From positions 1-47,284 of IMG/VR virus record IMGVR_UViG_3300045988_065468: 47,284 nucleotides of DNA; one strand, written 5' to 3'. A program made the translations under genes and the position numbers. Origin of the DNA: a virus. Under the pieces are notes generated by a model, which was given only the letters and a program-made list of their open reading frames with translations, was not told the DNA's origin and did not search any database. Shown in pieces: positions 31,518 through 40,630 of the stretch; the first letter of the stretch is position 1; each line of letters begins with the position of its first letter.

Positions 31518-31724
31518 ATGTCAAAGCAGTATGGCTGTCTGCCTAGTGTTATTCTAGGGATAGAGGATAGTTATACTGCTTTTTGTTTTAATGAAGCATG
31601 TTGTGAGATTCTAGCGAGGTTGCAGAATGATGAAAAACCTTATTACATAGAACAGAGAGAACAAGCGGAAGAACCAAAACATTACAGTAATTTCAAAGAT
31701 TTTTACAAAGCGTATGGAGGGTAA
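31518..31724 (+). CDS. Tail assembly chaperone, gpT-like part (possibly made by frameshift from the previous ORF)
   Basis: There is no SD before ATG 31518. The frame is open from 31476 and overlaps the last 20 nt of the gpG-like ORF. Confidence 0.45.
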   Translation: MSKQYGCLPSVILGIEDSYTAFCFNEACCEILARLQNDEKPYYIEQREQAEEPKHYSNFKDFYKAYGG

Positions 31725-31726
31725 AC

Positions 31727-34700
31727 ATGGCGGTTAATATGGGAACTGCTATTGCATACCTTGAACTCGATACCTCAAAGTTTTCAAAGGGGTTTGTTTC
31801 CGCTTATAATGATTTAAAGGTATTCGGGGACAAGTCAGCAACAGCAGAACAAAAGTTGAACGGTTTGTCGAGTGCCTTTAAGACAACAGGTGGTTTGTTA
31901 TCAAGGAACGTAACATTACCGATTGTTGGAGTTGGTGCGGCGGCAGTAAAAACAGCAACAGACTTTGAAGCAGGAATGTCAGAGGTCAAAGCGATTTCTG
32001 GTGCTACTGGTTCAGAGTTTGACTCTTTAAGAGAAAAAGCAATTGAAATGGGTGCTAAAACAAAGTTCTCTGCAAGCGATTCAGCGGATGCATTTAAGTA
32101 CATGGCAATGGCAGGATGGGATGCTTCCGCTATGATGGATGGTATAGCAGGAGTCATGGATTTAGCGGCGGCTTCTGGGGAAGATTTAGCAACCACTTCC
32201 GATATCGTTACAGATGCATTAACAGCGTTTGGATTACAGGCAAGTGACTCAGCGCATTTTGCTGATGTTCTGGCACAGGCAAGTTCCAAATCAAACACAA
32301 ATGTTGGTTTGATGGGGGAGACATTCAAATATGTTGCACCAGTAGCTGGTGCGTTAGGATATAGCGTAGAAGATACGGCAGTTGCAATCGGATTGATGGC
32401 AAACAGCGGTATCAAAGGAAGTCAAGCAGGAACAGCGTTGCGCTCTACAATAACAAGGTTAGCAAAACCTGTTGGAGAAGCAAAAGATGCTGTTGAAGAG
32501 TTAGGAATCAGTATAACAAATGCTGATGGAACAATGAAACCGTTGAGCCAAACAATGGTGGAGTTGAGAGAGAAGTTTGCAGGATTGACGGAAGAACAAA
32601 AAGCACAGTATGCGGCTATGTTGGCAGGACAAGAGGGTATGTCTGGATTGTTGGCTATTGTTAATGCTTCTGATGAAGATTTTCAGAAATTGACAGATGA
32701 GATAAACAATTCCAATGGTGCGGCACAAGACATGGCTGACATTATGATGGACAACACAGCAGGGGCAATAGAACAGTTAAAAGGTGCGTTAGAATCAGCA
32801 GGGATTTTAATAGGCGAGAAACTCACACCATACATTAGACAGTTAGCAGAGTGGATAACAGGACTTGTGGAAAAGTTTAATAATCTATCCGAGGGAGAAC
32901 AAGAACAGATTGTGAAACTTGGGTTGATACTTGCGGCAATCGGTCCAGTGTTGTTAATCTTTGCAAAGGTTATTTCGGTTGTTACAACAGTGATGAGAGT
33001 ATTTAGGTTGTTGGGGACAACAATGATAGCAGTCAAAACTAGTATTGACCTTGTGAGAGCAGGTTATGCAGGATTGGCAATACAGATGGGAGGTATTCCA
33101 AAACTTGTAGCAGGCATTTCTACAGGATTTGGTGGAATGTTAGTCCCTATTATGGCGATTGTTGCAGTTGTGGCTGTTCTGATAGGTGCATTTGTTACGC
33201 TATGGAAAACAAACGAAGATTTCCGTAACAAAATGACAGAAATCTGGAATGGCATTAAAACATCAATAGACAATTTCTTCGATGGAGTTGTGGAACGTAT
33301 CAACGCATTAGGGTTTGATTTTGAAAACATAACAGAGGTAATTAAAACAGTATGGTTTGCATTGTGTGATATTCTTGCACCAGTGTTTGAAGGAGTTTTT
33401 AATACAATAGCGATTGTATTGGATGGGGTGCTTAATCAGATACTTTCTGTCATGGACATTTTTATTGGATTATTTACAGGAAACTGGGAACAGCTTGGTG
33501 AAGGTGTAAAAGGGGTTGTTTCTGGAATTGTTGAATTGTTTGCAAACCTTGGAAGCAACATACTTAGTATGATTGGTGACATTGGTTCAGAGATATTAAA
33601 CAAACTTGGACTTGAGAAAGCGGCAGAAGGATTCCAAAACTTTTTTGACACATTGTCTGATTTGTTTGGACAGATACCAGAGTTGTTATCTGGTGCGATT
33701 GATGTTATTGTTTCATTCTTTACCGAAACAATACCAAATGCGTTTAGTAGTGCAATCGAAGCAATACAAGGGTTTGTTGACAATGTTATAGAGTTCTTCA
33801 CAGTAACAGTCCCAGAAGCATTTAACACTTTTGTGAATGAAACAATACCAAATGCAATTAACAGCATTGTGCAATGGTTTGAACAGTTACCATACATGAT
33901 AGGGTATGCAATCGGTGAATTGATTGGCTACTTCTATCTGTTCGCAGAAAATTTGTGGACATGGATAACAACAGAATTACCTTTGATAGTGGAAGGTATT
34001 ATACAGTGGTTTGCACAGTTACCTAGCAGTATTTGGGGGTGGCTGACAGGAGTTGTAAAAAATGTTATCAACTGGGGAGTTGAAATGTATAACAATGCTG
34101 TGTTGGCGGCTTCAAACTTTGTAAACGGAGCAATAGAATGGATTTCACAGCTACCTAGTAAAATCTGGGCGTGGCTCACGACAACAGTATCTAATGTGAT
34201 TTCATGGGGTGCAAACATGGTTTCACAAGCAAGGTCAACAGCAACAAATTTTGTGAATAGTTTTATAAGTTTTATTACAAGTCTGCCTAGCAAGGTATGG
34301 GGAATCATACAACAAATACCTAGCAAGGTTTCCGCAGTAGGTTCAAGGTTATACAGTGCAGGAAGGAGTATATTCCAGAGTTTATGGAATGGAATTAAGA
34401 GCATTGGAAATGGAATACTCAACTGGGTATCAGACTTTGCAGGAAAGATTGGAGGTTTTGTATCTGGAATCATTAACGGTTTCAAGAACGTTGTATCTGG
34501 TGCAAATGACGCAAAGTCAGCCGCAAAGTCTGTGAATGGAAAACATGCAAATGGTCTAGATTATGTTCCGTTCAATGGATATGTTGCAGAGTTGCATGAA
34601 GGAGAAAGGGTATTGACAAAACAACAGAACAGAGAATATAATGAAGGTAGGACAGGGCAGAGTGGAGATGTATTTAATTTCTACAACACAAAGCCTACGC

Positions 34701-34759
34701 CTTATGAATATGCAAGACAAATGAAGAAAGCAAAACGAGATTTAGCACTTGGTTATTAG
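31727..34759 (+). CDS. Tail tape measure protein
   Basis: 1010 aa. The TP901-type core is AGMSEVKAISGATGSEFDSLREKAIEMGAKTKFSASDSADAFKYMAMAGWDA. It also has a hydrophobic central region and C-terminal repeats. Confidence 0.9.
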   Translation: MAVNMGTAIAYLELDTSKFSKGFVSAYNDLKVFGDKSATAEQKLNGLSSAFKTTGGLLSRNVTLPIVGVGAAAVKTATDFEAGMSEVKAISGATGSEFDSLREKAIEMGAKTKFSASDSADAFKYMAMAGWDASAMMDGIAGVMDLAAASGEDLATTSDIVTDALTAFGLQASDSAHFADVLAQASSKSNTNVGLMGETFKYVAPVAGALGYSVEDTAVAIGLMANSGIKGSQAGTALRSTITRLAKPVGEAKDAVEELGISITNADGTMKPLSQTMVELREKFAGLTEEQKAQYAAMLAGQEGMSGLLAIVNASDEDFQKLTDEINNSNGAAQDMADIMMDNTAGAIEQLKGALESAGILIGEKLTPYIRQLAEWITGLVEKFNNLSEGEQEQIVKLGLILAAIGPVLLIFAKVISVVTTVMRVFRLLGTTMIAVKTSIDLVRAGYAGLAIQMGGIPKLVAGISTGFGGMLVPIMAIVAVVAVLIGAFVTLWKTNEDFRNKMTEIWNGIKTSIDNFFDGVVERINALGFDFENITEVIKTVWFALCDILAPVFEGVFNTIAIVLDGVLNQILSVMDIFIGLFTGNWEQLGEGVKGVVSGIVELFANLGSNILSMIGDIGSEILNKLGLEKAAEGFQNFFDTLSDLFGQIPELLSGAIDVIVSFFTETIPNAFSSAIEAIQGFVDNVIEFFTVTVPEAFNTFVNETIPNAINSIVQWFEQLPYMIGYAIGELIGYFYLFAENLWTWITTELPLIVEGIIQWFAQLPSSIWGWLTGVVKNVINWGVEMYNNAVLAASNFVNGAIEWISQLPSKIWAWLTTTVSNVISWGANMVSQARSTATNFVNSFISFITSLPSKVWGIIQQIPSKVSAVGSRLYSAGRSIFQSLWNGIKSIGNGILNWVSDFAGKIGGFVSGIINGFKNVVSGANDAKSAAKSVNGKHANGLDYVPFNGYVAELHEGERVLTKQQNREYNEGRTGQSGDVFNFYNTKPTPYEYARQMKKAKRDLALGY
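33872..34400 (+). repeat. Four tandem 132-nt (44-aa) coding repeats inside the tape measure gene
   Basis: QWFEQLPYMIG, QWFAQLPSSIWGW, EWISQLPSKIWAW and SFITSLPSKVWGI. The LP(S/Y) codons fall at 33887, 34019, 34151 and 34283. Confidence 0.6.
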
Positions 34760-34772
34760 AAGGGGGAAAAAC

Positions 34773-35735
34773 ATGATACAGGAATTGCAGATAATAAACA
34801 AGATAAATGGACGGCAGCTAAGTCTTGCAAGGGATGGTTATACCCAGTATGTTTTAGATGAGGTTGATTGGGATGTTCCATCGGTAAGTTTCAGCACATA
34901 TAGAGTTCCGTTCCAGATAGGGGTTTCCTTGTCTGGGGCGGAGATTGGAACAAGGAAGCCATCAATTACAGGATATGTTGTCTCTAGAGTACATGGAAGG
35001 GAGTTCCTTGGAAAAGGTTGGAATGAATTTTTAGAAGCACAGTTGCAAGACATAGAACAAAAGAAGTATGAACTAAACAGAGTAATTAATCCACTACAGG
35101 ATATACGCATTGTTGTGGGTGAATATTTCATAGATGGAAGACCATCCAATGCAGTAAAGTTCAGCAGTAAGGAGAAAGAGAACAACGAAGTGTTGTGTAT
35201 GTTCACAATAGATATTGATTGCTTTTCTCCAATGTTTCGATTGGATAAAGGTAAACAAACAGTGCTTGCAAAAATTCAGAAGAAGTTCCGATTTCCTTGG
35301 GTTTTGAAAGAAAAAGGGAACATTATGGGTGTTTTGACAAACCAAAAGATTGTCAATGTTGTCAATAATGGAGATTGCGACATAGGTGGTATTATTAAAC
35401 TTGAAGCGGTTGATGGAACGGTGAAAAATCCAACTATATTTAATGTTGACACACAAGAACAATTTATGATAAGATTAACATTGTCAGAAGGAGATTATTT
35501 AACAATAAACACAAGAGTGGGAGAAGAAAGTGTAATACACCATTATGCAGATTATTTTGGAACAGGAAAACCAAAAGATGAAAATGCAATCGGTTATGTG
35601 TTGGAGGGGAGTTCATTTTTACAATTTAAACAGGGCAGTAATTTATATGGTTATTCAGTGGAAGAGGGTAGCGAAGTATTTGTAAATTTAACAATAGAAA
35701 TGGATGAACAATTCTTTAATTTGAAAGGAATGTAA
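34773..35735 (+). CDS. Distal tail protein (Dit, putative)
   Basis: ATG at 34773 follows aagggggaaaaac. It lies immediately after the tape measure gene. Confidence 0.55.
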   Translation: MIQELQIINKINGRQLSLARDGYTQYVLDEVDWDVPSVSFSTYRVPFQIGVSLSGAEIGTRKPSITGYVVSRVHGREFLGKGWNEFLEAQLQDIEQKKYELNRVINPLQDIRIVVGEYFIDGRPSNAVKFSSKEKENNEVLCMFTIDIDCFSPMFRLDKGKQTVLAKIQKKFRFPWVLKEKGNIMGVLTNQKIVNVVNNGDCDIGGIIKLEAVDGTVKNPTIFNVDTQEQFMIRLTLSEGDYLTINTRVGEESVIHHYADYFGTGKPKDENAIGYVLEGSSFLQFKQGSNLYGYSVEEGSEVFVNLTIEMDEQFFNLKGM

Positions 35736-35738
35736 CAC

Positions 35739-36929
35739 ATGGAGGTAATTACGGTATTTAACAAATATTTTGAAAGAATCGATGTTTTGAGAAAGTACAC
35801 GTTTATGCAGTATGTGGACAAATTTAATGGAGTCGGAGAGTTTAAGATAAATGCTATCTTGTGTGATGAAAACTTATATTTTTTTGATGAAAATGAAGTG
35901 TTTTTCGTTGCTTTTGATGGAATGGCAATGGGAAGAATTGACAAGGTAGTTAAGGATAGCGATAGCGAGTTTGAAAGGACAATCGAGATTACGGGACGTA
36001 TGATAAAGTACAAACTCCAAACAAGTGTTGTATATAAACAGCAGATATACACTGGAAGAACAGCAGAAGTAGTAAAACAACTTGTGGAAAACAATATGTG
36101 TGTTGGTTCCGTTGGAAGTAAAAGGTACATCAACTTTGAGTTTAACATACCCGGTGACAGGTTGAGTGAAATGACACAAATAAACAATGGACAATGGACA
36201 GGTGGAAGTGTGTATGATGCAGTACAGCCATTGTTACAACAGGACAATATGGGGTTTGAGATTGTACCAGTGATAACAGATGCCCATGAGATTGGAGCGC
36301 AAGCACCTATTACAAACATAATGCAGTGGCATTTTAACATTTTGTTGGGAGAGGATAGAACAAGAAATAATGTAAAGGGGAATAAACCTGTTGTATTTTC
36401 TCACTCATTGAGCAATTTAACAAGGTCTACGTATGAAAAGGACATAAAAGATTATTGCAATGTTGCTTATGTTGCAGGAGAGGGAGAAGGAAACGACAGA
36501 ACATGGATTGAAGCTTACCAAGATGGAATAAAAGGAACAGACAATGAATGGGACGCAGTTGGTTGGTTACGAGATGAGTTATTTGTTGACGCAAGAGATT
36601 TGCAGAAAACAATTGATAACAAAACGTATACAGACACAGAGTATAAAGAGATGCTCATACAGAGAGGAAAGGAAAACCTAAAAGACCATATTGTGTTTGT
36701 TTCATATGATTCTACAGTAACAAATGAAAACAAAAAATATAAGTATGGCGTTGATTTTAAGAATGGGGATTTTGTTACGATTGTAGATAATGAGTTAGGA
36801 ATGGAAGTGGATGCACAGATAACAGAGATAACAAAATCAAGAGAAGGCTCAAGAGAAATTCTTGACATTACATTTGGGTACAGAAGGGTACAGATGAATG
36901 AAAGATTGAGAAGAAAAGGAGTGATATAA
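35739..36929 (+). CDS. Tail-associated/baseplate hub protein (Tal-like, putative)
   Basis: 396 aa. Called from its position after Dit. Confidence 0.5.
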   Translation: MEVITVFNKYFERIDVLRKYTFMQYVDKFNGVGEFKINAILCDENLYFFDENEVFFVAFDGMAMGRIDKVVKDSDSEFERTIEITGRMIKYKLQTSVVYKQQIYTGRTAEVVKQLVENNMCVGSVGSKRYINFEFNIPGDRLSEMTQINNGQWTGGSVYDAVQPLLQQDNMGFEIVPVITDAHEIGAQAPITNIMQWHFNILLGEDRTRNNVKGNKPVVFSHSLSNLTRSTYEKDIKDYCNVAYVAGEGEGNDRTWIEAYQDGIKGTDNEWDAVGWLRDELFVDARDLQKTIDNKTYTDTEYKEMLIQRGKENLKDHIVFVSYDSTVTNENKKYKYGVDFKNGDFVTIVDNELGMEVDAQITEITKSREGSREILDITFGYRRVQMNERLRRKGVI

Positions 36930-36931
36930 AT

Positions 36932-38002
36932 ATGGCAGAGAAAAGCGGATTTTTTAATGCGAGAGAAACAGAGGAAGGAACATATGACAGAGAGTATGAC
37001 GCTGAACAGTTCGCAGAGTATTTTGCAAACTTTATCTCCAATGGAGTGTATGCGAACCCAGCAAACCAATTGAAAGTTGTGTTTGATGATTCGTCTAGCA
37101 AACCTTTTGTTGTGATTGTCAGAAAAGGAAAGGCATATATAGATGGGTATTGGTATGAACTCACAGAAGATATGGAGATTACAATTCCTGCAAACACAAA
37201 GTCTTATGTAATTAAAGATGTTGTTTGTTGCACGTTGGACAAAACAGAACGAAAGGTTAGCATTATTTTGAAAGAGGATGTAATAAGTGACTATCCTACA
37301 AACAATAACACACAACATGATTTGGTTTTATCAACACTTTTGGTACAGTCAAATGCGTCAAAGTTGAATGCAGAGGATATTACAGACAAACGACCAGACA
37401 AAACATATTGTGGTTTTGTTACTGGTGTAATAGACCAGATAGATACAACAGAGTTGTTTCAGCAGTATGATGATGCATTCCAGACATGGTTTAATGAAAT
37501 GAAAAACCAGTTGTCTACGGATGCGGCAGGAAATTTACAGATACAGATAGGAAATTTACAGAAGCAGACAGGGTTGCTGAGTAATTTAAAAACAAAGGTA
37601 AAAGATTCTATTGTAAATGCAATTAATAGCTTGTATGATAGCACAATAGGAAAAACATTAAAAACGTTAGAAGAGGTAAGTTCAAATACCGAACAAGGAT
37701 TCTACGTTGATGCACTTGTGATTGATGAATTACATAGAAATATTATAGATATCATAAGAGTTGAAAATATATCTATAAATATGACAGCAAAAGCTAATAC
37801 AATTACAACGGTAGCTCACACGCCTACTCCCCCAGATGGATTCAAACTTATGCTTGCAGTGCCTAATAATACCGCAGATGGGTCATGCACTTTTATTACT
37901 GTTAATGCAGAAGATGGAATTGTAAGTGTAGTGATAAAAAACTGGGCTACCACTGCAAAAACAATACATCCAGTATACACAGCTGTTTATGTTAGAGAAT
38001 AA
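36932..38002 (+). CDS. Tail fibre / receptor-binding protein (BppU-N-like start)
   Basis: MAEKSGFFNA..YDREYDAEQFAEYFANFISNGVY..LKV resembles the N-termini of Firmicutes-phage baseplate/fibre proteins. Confidence 0.55.
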   Translation: MAEKSGFFNARETEEGTYDREYDAEQFAEYFANFISNGVYANPANQLKVVFDDSSSKPFVVIVRKGKAYIDGYWYELTEDMEITIPANTKSYVIKDVVCCTLDKTERKVSIILKEDVISDYPTNNNTQHDLVLSTLLVQSNASKLNAEDITDKRPDKTYCGFVTGVIDQIDTTELFQQYDDAFQTWFNEMKNQLSTDAAGNLQIQIGNLQKQTGLLSNLKTKVKDSIVNAINSLYDSTIGKTLKTLEEVSSNTEQGFYVDALVIDELHRNIIDIIRVENISINMTAKANTITTVAHTPTPPDGFKLMLAVPNNTADGSCTFITVNAEDGIVSVVIKNWATTAKTIHPVYTAVYVRE

Positions 38003-38060
38003 CACGATATTGCTATTTAATTAAGAAAAGTTTATGTAGATAGGGGAGAATGAAGAACAT

Positions 38061-38345
38061 ATGCAAAGCGAGTTTGAAAGTCTCCTGTTAGATACGCAGA
38101 AAGAATACAGCCGCTCTAATAGGATGAAGGACAAGATTATAGTTGTGTTGATTGTACTGATGTTCATTGAAGCAGTAATTGGTTATTGTGGTTTTGTCTG
38201 GTATGAGAGCCAGTTTGATTATGTTACGACAGAACAAACAACACAAGATGTTGATTTAAGTACGGAAGAAGATAATGCAAATGCAGAATATAACGATGTG
38301 AATGGAAACCGATATAATGATAGTGCAACACACAATGAGCAATAG
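38061..38345 (+). CDS. Membrane protein (94 aa)
   Basis: One TM segment, IIVVLIVLMFIEAVIGYCGFVWY. Confidence 0.45.
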   Translation: MQSEFESLLLDTQKEYSRSNRMKDKIIVVLIVLMFIEAVIGYCGFVWYESQFDYVTTEQTTQDVDLSTEEDNANAEYNDVNGNRYNDSATHNEQ

Positions 38346-38362
38346 AAAGGAGGTAAAGAAAA

Positions 38363-38512
38363 ATGCCTTCTAAAGCAAGAGTAAAAGTTACAAAGATTAG
38401 GACAACGAAAACAGCAAAAGTTGGAAAGTCCAGAAATAAATCTGGTGGAAATCCAAATAAATGTCCTGTTTGTGGTAAGTTTATGGGAAGTGGTTCACAT
38501 GGACAAACATAA
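38363..38512 (+). CDS. Small basic protein with a CPVCG knuckle (49 aa)
   Basis: Not in the track. ATG follows aaaggaggtaaag. Reads MPSKARVKVTKIRTTKTAKVGKSRNKSGGNPNKCPVCGKFMGSGSHGQT. Confidence 0.45.
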   Translation: MPSKARVKVTKIRTTKTAKVGKSRNKSGGNPNKCPVCGKFMGSGSHGQT

Positions 38513-38732
38513 TGCGAAAACAAGAAAGAAGTTAAAACAGATTAGTTCTGTTAAGGATTTTGAAAGCCTAATGGAACAAACGATGTTATCAGAGGAAGAA
38601 AAGAAGATATTATGGTTGCATTATAAGAAACAGAAAACAATGGCATTTATCGCAGATGAGTTGGGAATGTCGGAAATAATAGTTAAAAAGAAACATAGAA
38701 AAATGCTTATGAAAATTGGCAAGATGTTATAA
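38499..38732 (+). CDS. Sigma-70 region-4-like HTH regulator (77 aa; candidate late-gene activator)
   Basis: LSEEEKKILWLHYKKQKTMAFIADELGMSEIIVKKKHRKMLMKI fits the region 4.2 HTH pattern. ATG at 38499 overlaps the previous ORF. Confidence 0.55.
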   Translation: MDKHNAKTRKKLKQISSVKDFESLMEQTMLSEEEKKILWLHYKKQKTMAFIADELGMSEIIVKKKHRKMLMKIGKML

Positions 38733-38736
38733 GAAT

Positions 38737-38761
38737 AGGAGAGCGAAAGCTCTCCTTTTTG
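38737..38761 (+). terminator. Intrinsic terminator
   Basis: ggagagc-gaaa-gctctcc followed by ttttt. Confidence 0.85.
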
Positions 38762-38881
38762 TTGCAATTCTTTTCAGATACTTAATATATACTTTTCTTA
38801 TATTTCAAGAATTTTACCCATTATATAATAGAATCATAACAAAGATGAGAAGTGACAGAGAGAAAGAAGGAGGATAAAAAC

Positions 38882-39262
38882 ATGGCTTGTAGTTTATATA
38901 ATAACAATGGTTTTGGGTGTGGAGGTTGCGAACATTTTGTCAGAACAAATAGTGTAACGGTTGTGGATTCTGTTTTGGTTCTGAACATTCCGCAGAAAAC
39001 ATACAGCAATAAAGAAAAGGTTTGTATTTGTATTGCACAGGCTTTGCCAGATGTAACATCTGCGCAGACTGTTGCAGTTACGATTGGAACAGGAACAACA
39101 CAGTACCCACTTAGAACAAAGTGCGGAAACAATGTCCATGCAGACCAGATTCGTAGCAGAAGAGTATATCATACCAATGTGGCAACAGATATTGGTTTGT
39201 TTGTTGTATCTGCTTGTGAATTGTGTAAGACGGGGTTTAATTTCTCTACAATCCCTGCGTAG
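38882..39262 (+). CDS. Cys-rich hypothetical protein (126 aa)
   Basis: ATG follows aaggaggataaaaac, giving MACSLYNNNGFGCGGCEHF...VCICIAQAL...ACELCK. Confidence 0.55.
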   Translation: MACSLYNNNGFGCGGCEHFVRTNSVTVVDSVLVLNIPQKTYSNKEKVCICIAQALPDVTSAQTVAVTIGTGTTQYPLRTKCGNNVHADQIRSRRVYHTNVATDIGLFVVSACELCKTGFNFSTIPA

Positions 39263-39279
39263 ACAGTGTAGGTGTTTAT

Positions 39280-39501
39280 ATGGGAAATGACGATGGATGG
39301 TTTAATCAACGGACTTTAGATGCGATGGCTTTTATAGGGTTTCTGATAGGTGTTGCAAACTATCAAGAAAACTTAACACAGAATGATGTACAGGACATTA
39401 TAAAAGGTGCGTTGGGAGATGTACACGAACATCTGGAAGAACAGGACAATAAGATAGACCATATTATAGAATTGTTGGAAGGAGGGAAAGGAAATGCTTG
39501 A
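39280..39501 (+). CDS. Small membrane/coiled-coil protein (73 aa; BhlA/XhlA-like topology)
   Basis: TM-like AFIGFLIGVANY is followed by HEHLEEQDNKIDHIIELLE. Only the topology is similar. Confidence 0.4.
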   Translation: MGNDDGWFNQRTLDAMAFIGFLIGVANYQENLTQNDVQDIIKGALGDVHEHLEEQDNKIDHIIELLEGGKGNA

Positions 39502-40087
39502 CAAAGAACAGTTGAAAGATTTATCATGTATAGAGATATATGCAGAGGTAGATAAGCACATGACAACGGCACTTATGTTTCATTCTGGAATGTCTGATTA
39601 CTTTAACTTTATCGGGTTGCATGGATTTGAAAGAATACATGAATTACAGTATTATGAGGAATCAATAGGAAGACGAAAGTTGCACAAAAAGGTGTTAGAC
39701 ATTCACAACAAATTGATACCAATGAAAGGGCATGAAAAACCAGAGGTGATTCCAAAAGAATGGTACAATCATACCAGAATGGATATTGACGACAGTGTTT
39801 TGACAAAGTTTGTTCGTTCTGCAATGAAACAATACAAGGAATGGGAAGAAGAAACAAAGAAGTTATATGAAGCAGTTTGTTGTGTGTTGTGGGAAAAAGG
39901 CTTAGTTGTAGATTACAATTTAATGATGTGTTATCTTGAGGACGTGCAACATGAACTAAAAAAGATATACAGATTATGTGAGGAACTCAACGGAACAGGG
40001 TATGATTTGTTGTACATTGTTGAGATACAGAAACAAATTCATGATGAGTACAAAGAAAAAATGCGGAAGTTGAAAGTACAGGAGTAA
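39494..40087 (+). CDS. Hypothetical protein with a ferritin-like helix pattern (197 aa)
   Basis: MSDYFNFIGLHGFERIHELQYYEES..KLHKKVLD and MMCYLEDVQHELKKIYRLCEEL resemble ferritin helices B and D. The canonical ExxH ligands are not obvious. Confidence 0.4.
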   Translation: MLDKEQLKDLSCIEIYAEVDKHMTTALMFHSGMSDYFNFIGLHGFERIHELQYYEESIGRRKLHKKVLDIHNKLIPMKGHEKPEVIPKEWYNHTRMDIDDSVLTKFVRSAMKQYKEWEEETKKLYEAVCCVLWEKGLVVDYNLMMCYLEDVQHELKKIYRLCEELNGTGYDLLYIVEIQKQIHDEYKEKMRKLKVQE

Positions 40088-40192
40088 AACAGGAATGTGA
40101 GAACATGGAAGAAACAAAACATAGAACATAAATAAGCTTGCTTGTATGTTTACAGGTGGGCTTATTTTTTTTGAAATTTTTATAAAAATGTA

Positions 40193-40221
40193 TTGACGAA
40201 CATAGAAAAGTATGTTATCAT
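40193..40221 (+). promoter_or_regulatory. SigA-type promoter (TTGACG-N17-TATCAT, TGn), ATATAATCAAGTTAAGGG class
   Basis: taTTGACGaacatagaaaagtatgtTATCATataatcaagttaaggg. Confidence 0.55.
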
Positions 40222-40284
40222 ATAATCAAGTTAAGGGAAGGAGATTCCCAAGATAGAAAACAAACAAGTGAAGGAGAAAAAACA

Positions 40285-40560
40285 ATGATGAAAAGATTTA
40301 CAAGAACAAAACATGTGGAGTTAGACGTTTACAGTGAGTGCAAATACACAGCAAGCGAAGAAGTATTTGAGAATCAGAAAGTTGTGGAGTATGATAATGT
40401 GATTGGTTTTGAAGTAGTAACAGGAGAACAGGCAAAGGAAATCGAAGCACATACAGATGGAAGTTGCATAGATGATATGCACGAATATCTTGTGTTATAT
40501 TTTGAGAATGGAGAAACATCAACATTCAGAAACAGTTATGTAGATATGTTTGCATGGTAG
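40285..40560 (+). CDS. Small acidic hypothetical protein (91 aa)
   Basis: Track ORF. ATG follows gaaggagaaaaaac. Confidence 0.55.
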   Translation: MMKRFTRTKHVELDVYSECKYTASEEVFENQKVVEYDNVIGFEVVTGEQAKEIEAHTDGSCIDDMHEYLVLYFENGETSTFRNSYVDMFAW

Positions 40561-40572
40561 AACATAACAAAA

Positions 40573-40606
40573 GGGTGTTGACAAAAACAACACCCTATAA
40601 TACAAT
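40573..40606 (+). promoter_or_regulatory. Hairpin-embedded promoter (TTGACA-N17-TACAAT)
   Basis: gggtgttg (40573-80) pairs with caacaccc (40588-95), enclosing the -35 at 40578-83. The -10 is TACAAT at 40601-06. Confidence 0.45.
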
Positions 40607-40630
40607 AGAATCAAAGAAGGAGGTAGTACA

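Noticed and set aside
36515-37318. Long minus-strand ORFs: 36515..37318 (267 aa), 35651..36340 (229 aa), 31804..32415 (203 aa), 24528..25106 (192 aa), 2494..3054 (186 aa), and every other minus-strand ORF in the track.
   Set aside because: Each lies antisense to a well-supported + strand gene. They are Leu/Phe/Ser/Cys/Ile-rich low-complexity translations, as expected from the complement of purine-rich coding DNA. They have no SD sequence or promoter, and no minus-strand promoter or terminator was seen anywhere.
38882-39262. Similarity of VCICIAQAL in the Cys-rich protein to the CFCAIQCL motif of Bacillus ExsY/CotY spore proteins.
   Set aside because: It is a single short motif at a different relative position, and I could see no other collinear similarity. 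It is too weak to support a call.
40596-40601. TATAAT hexamer as the -10 of the promoter at 40578.
   Set aside because: The spacer to TTGACA would be only 12 nt. The adjacent TACAAT (40601-06) gives the canonical 17-nt spacing and is used instead.
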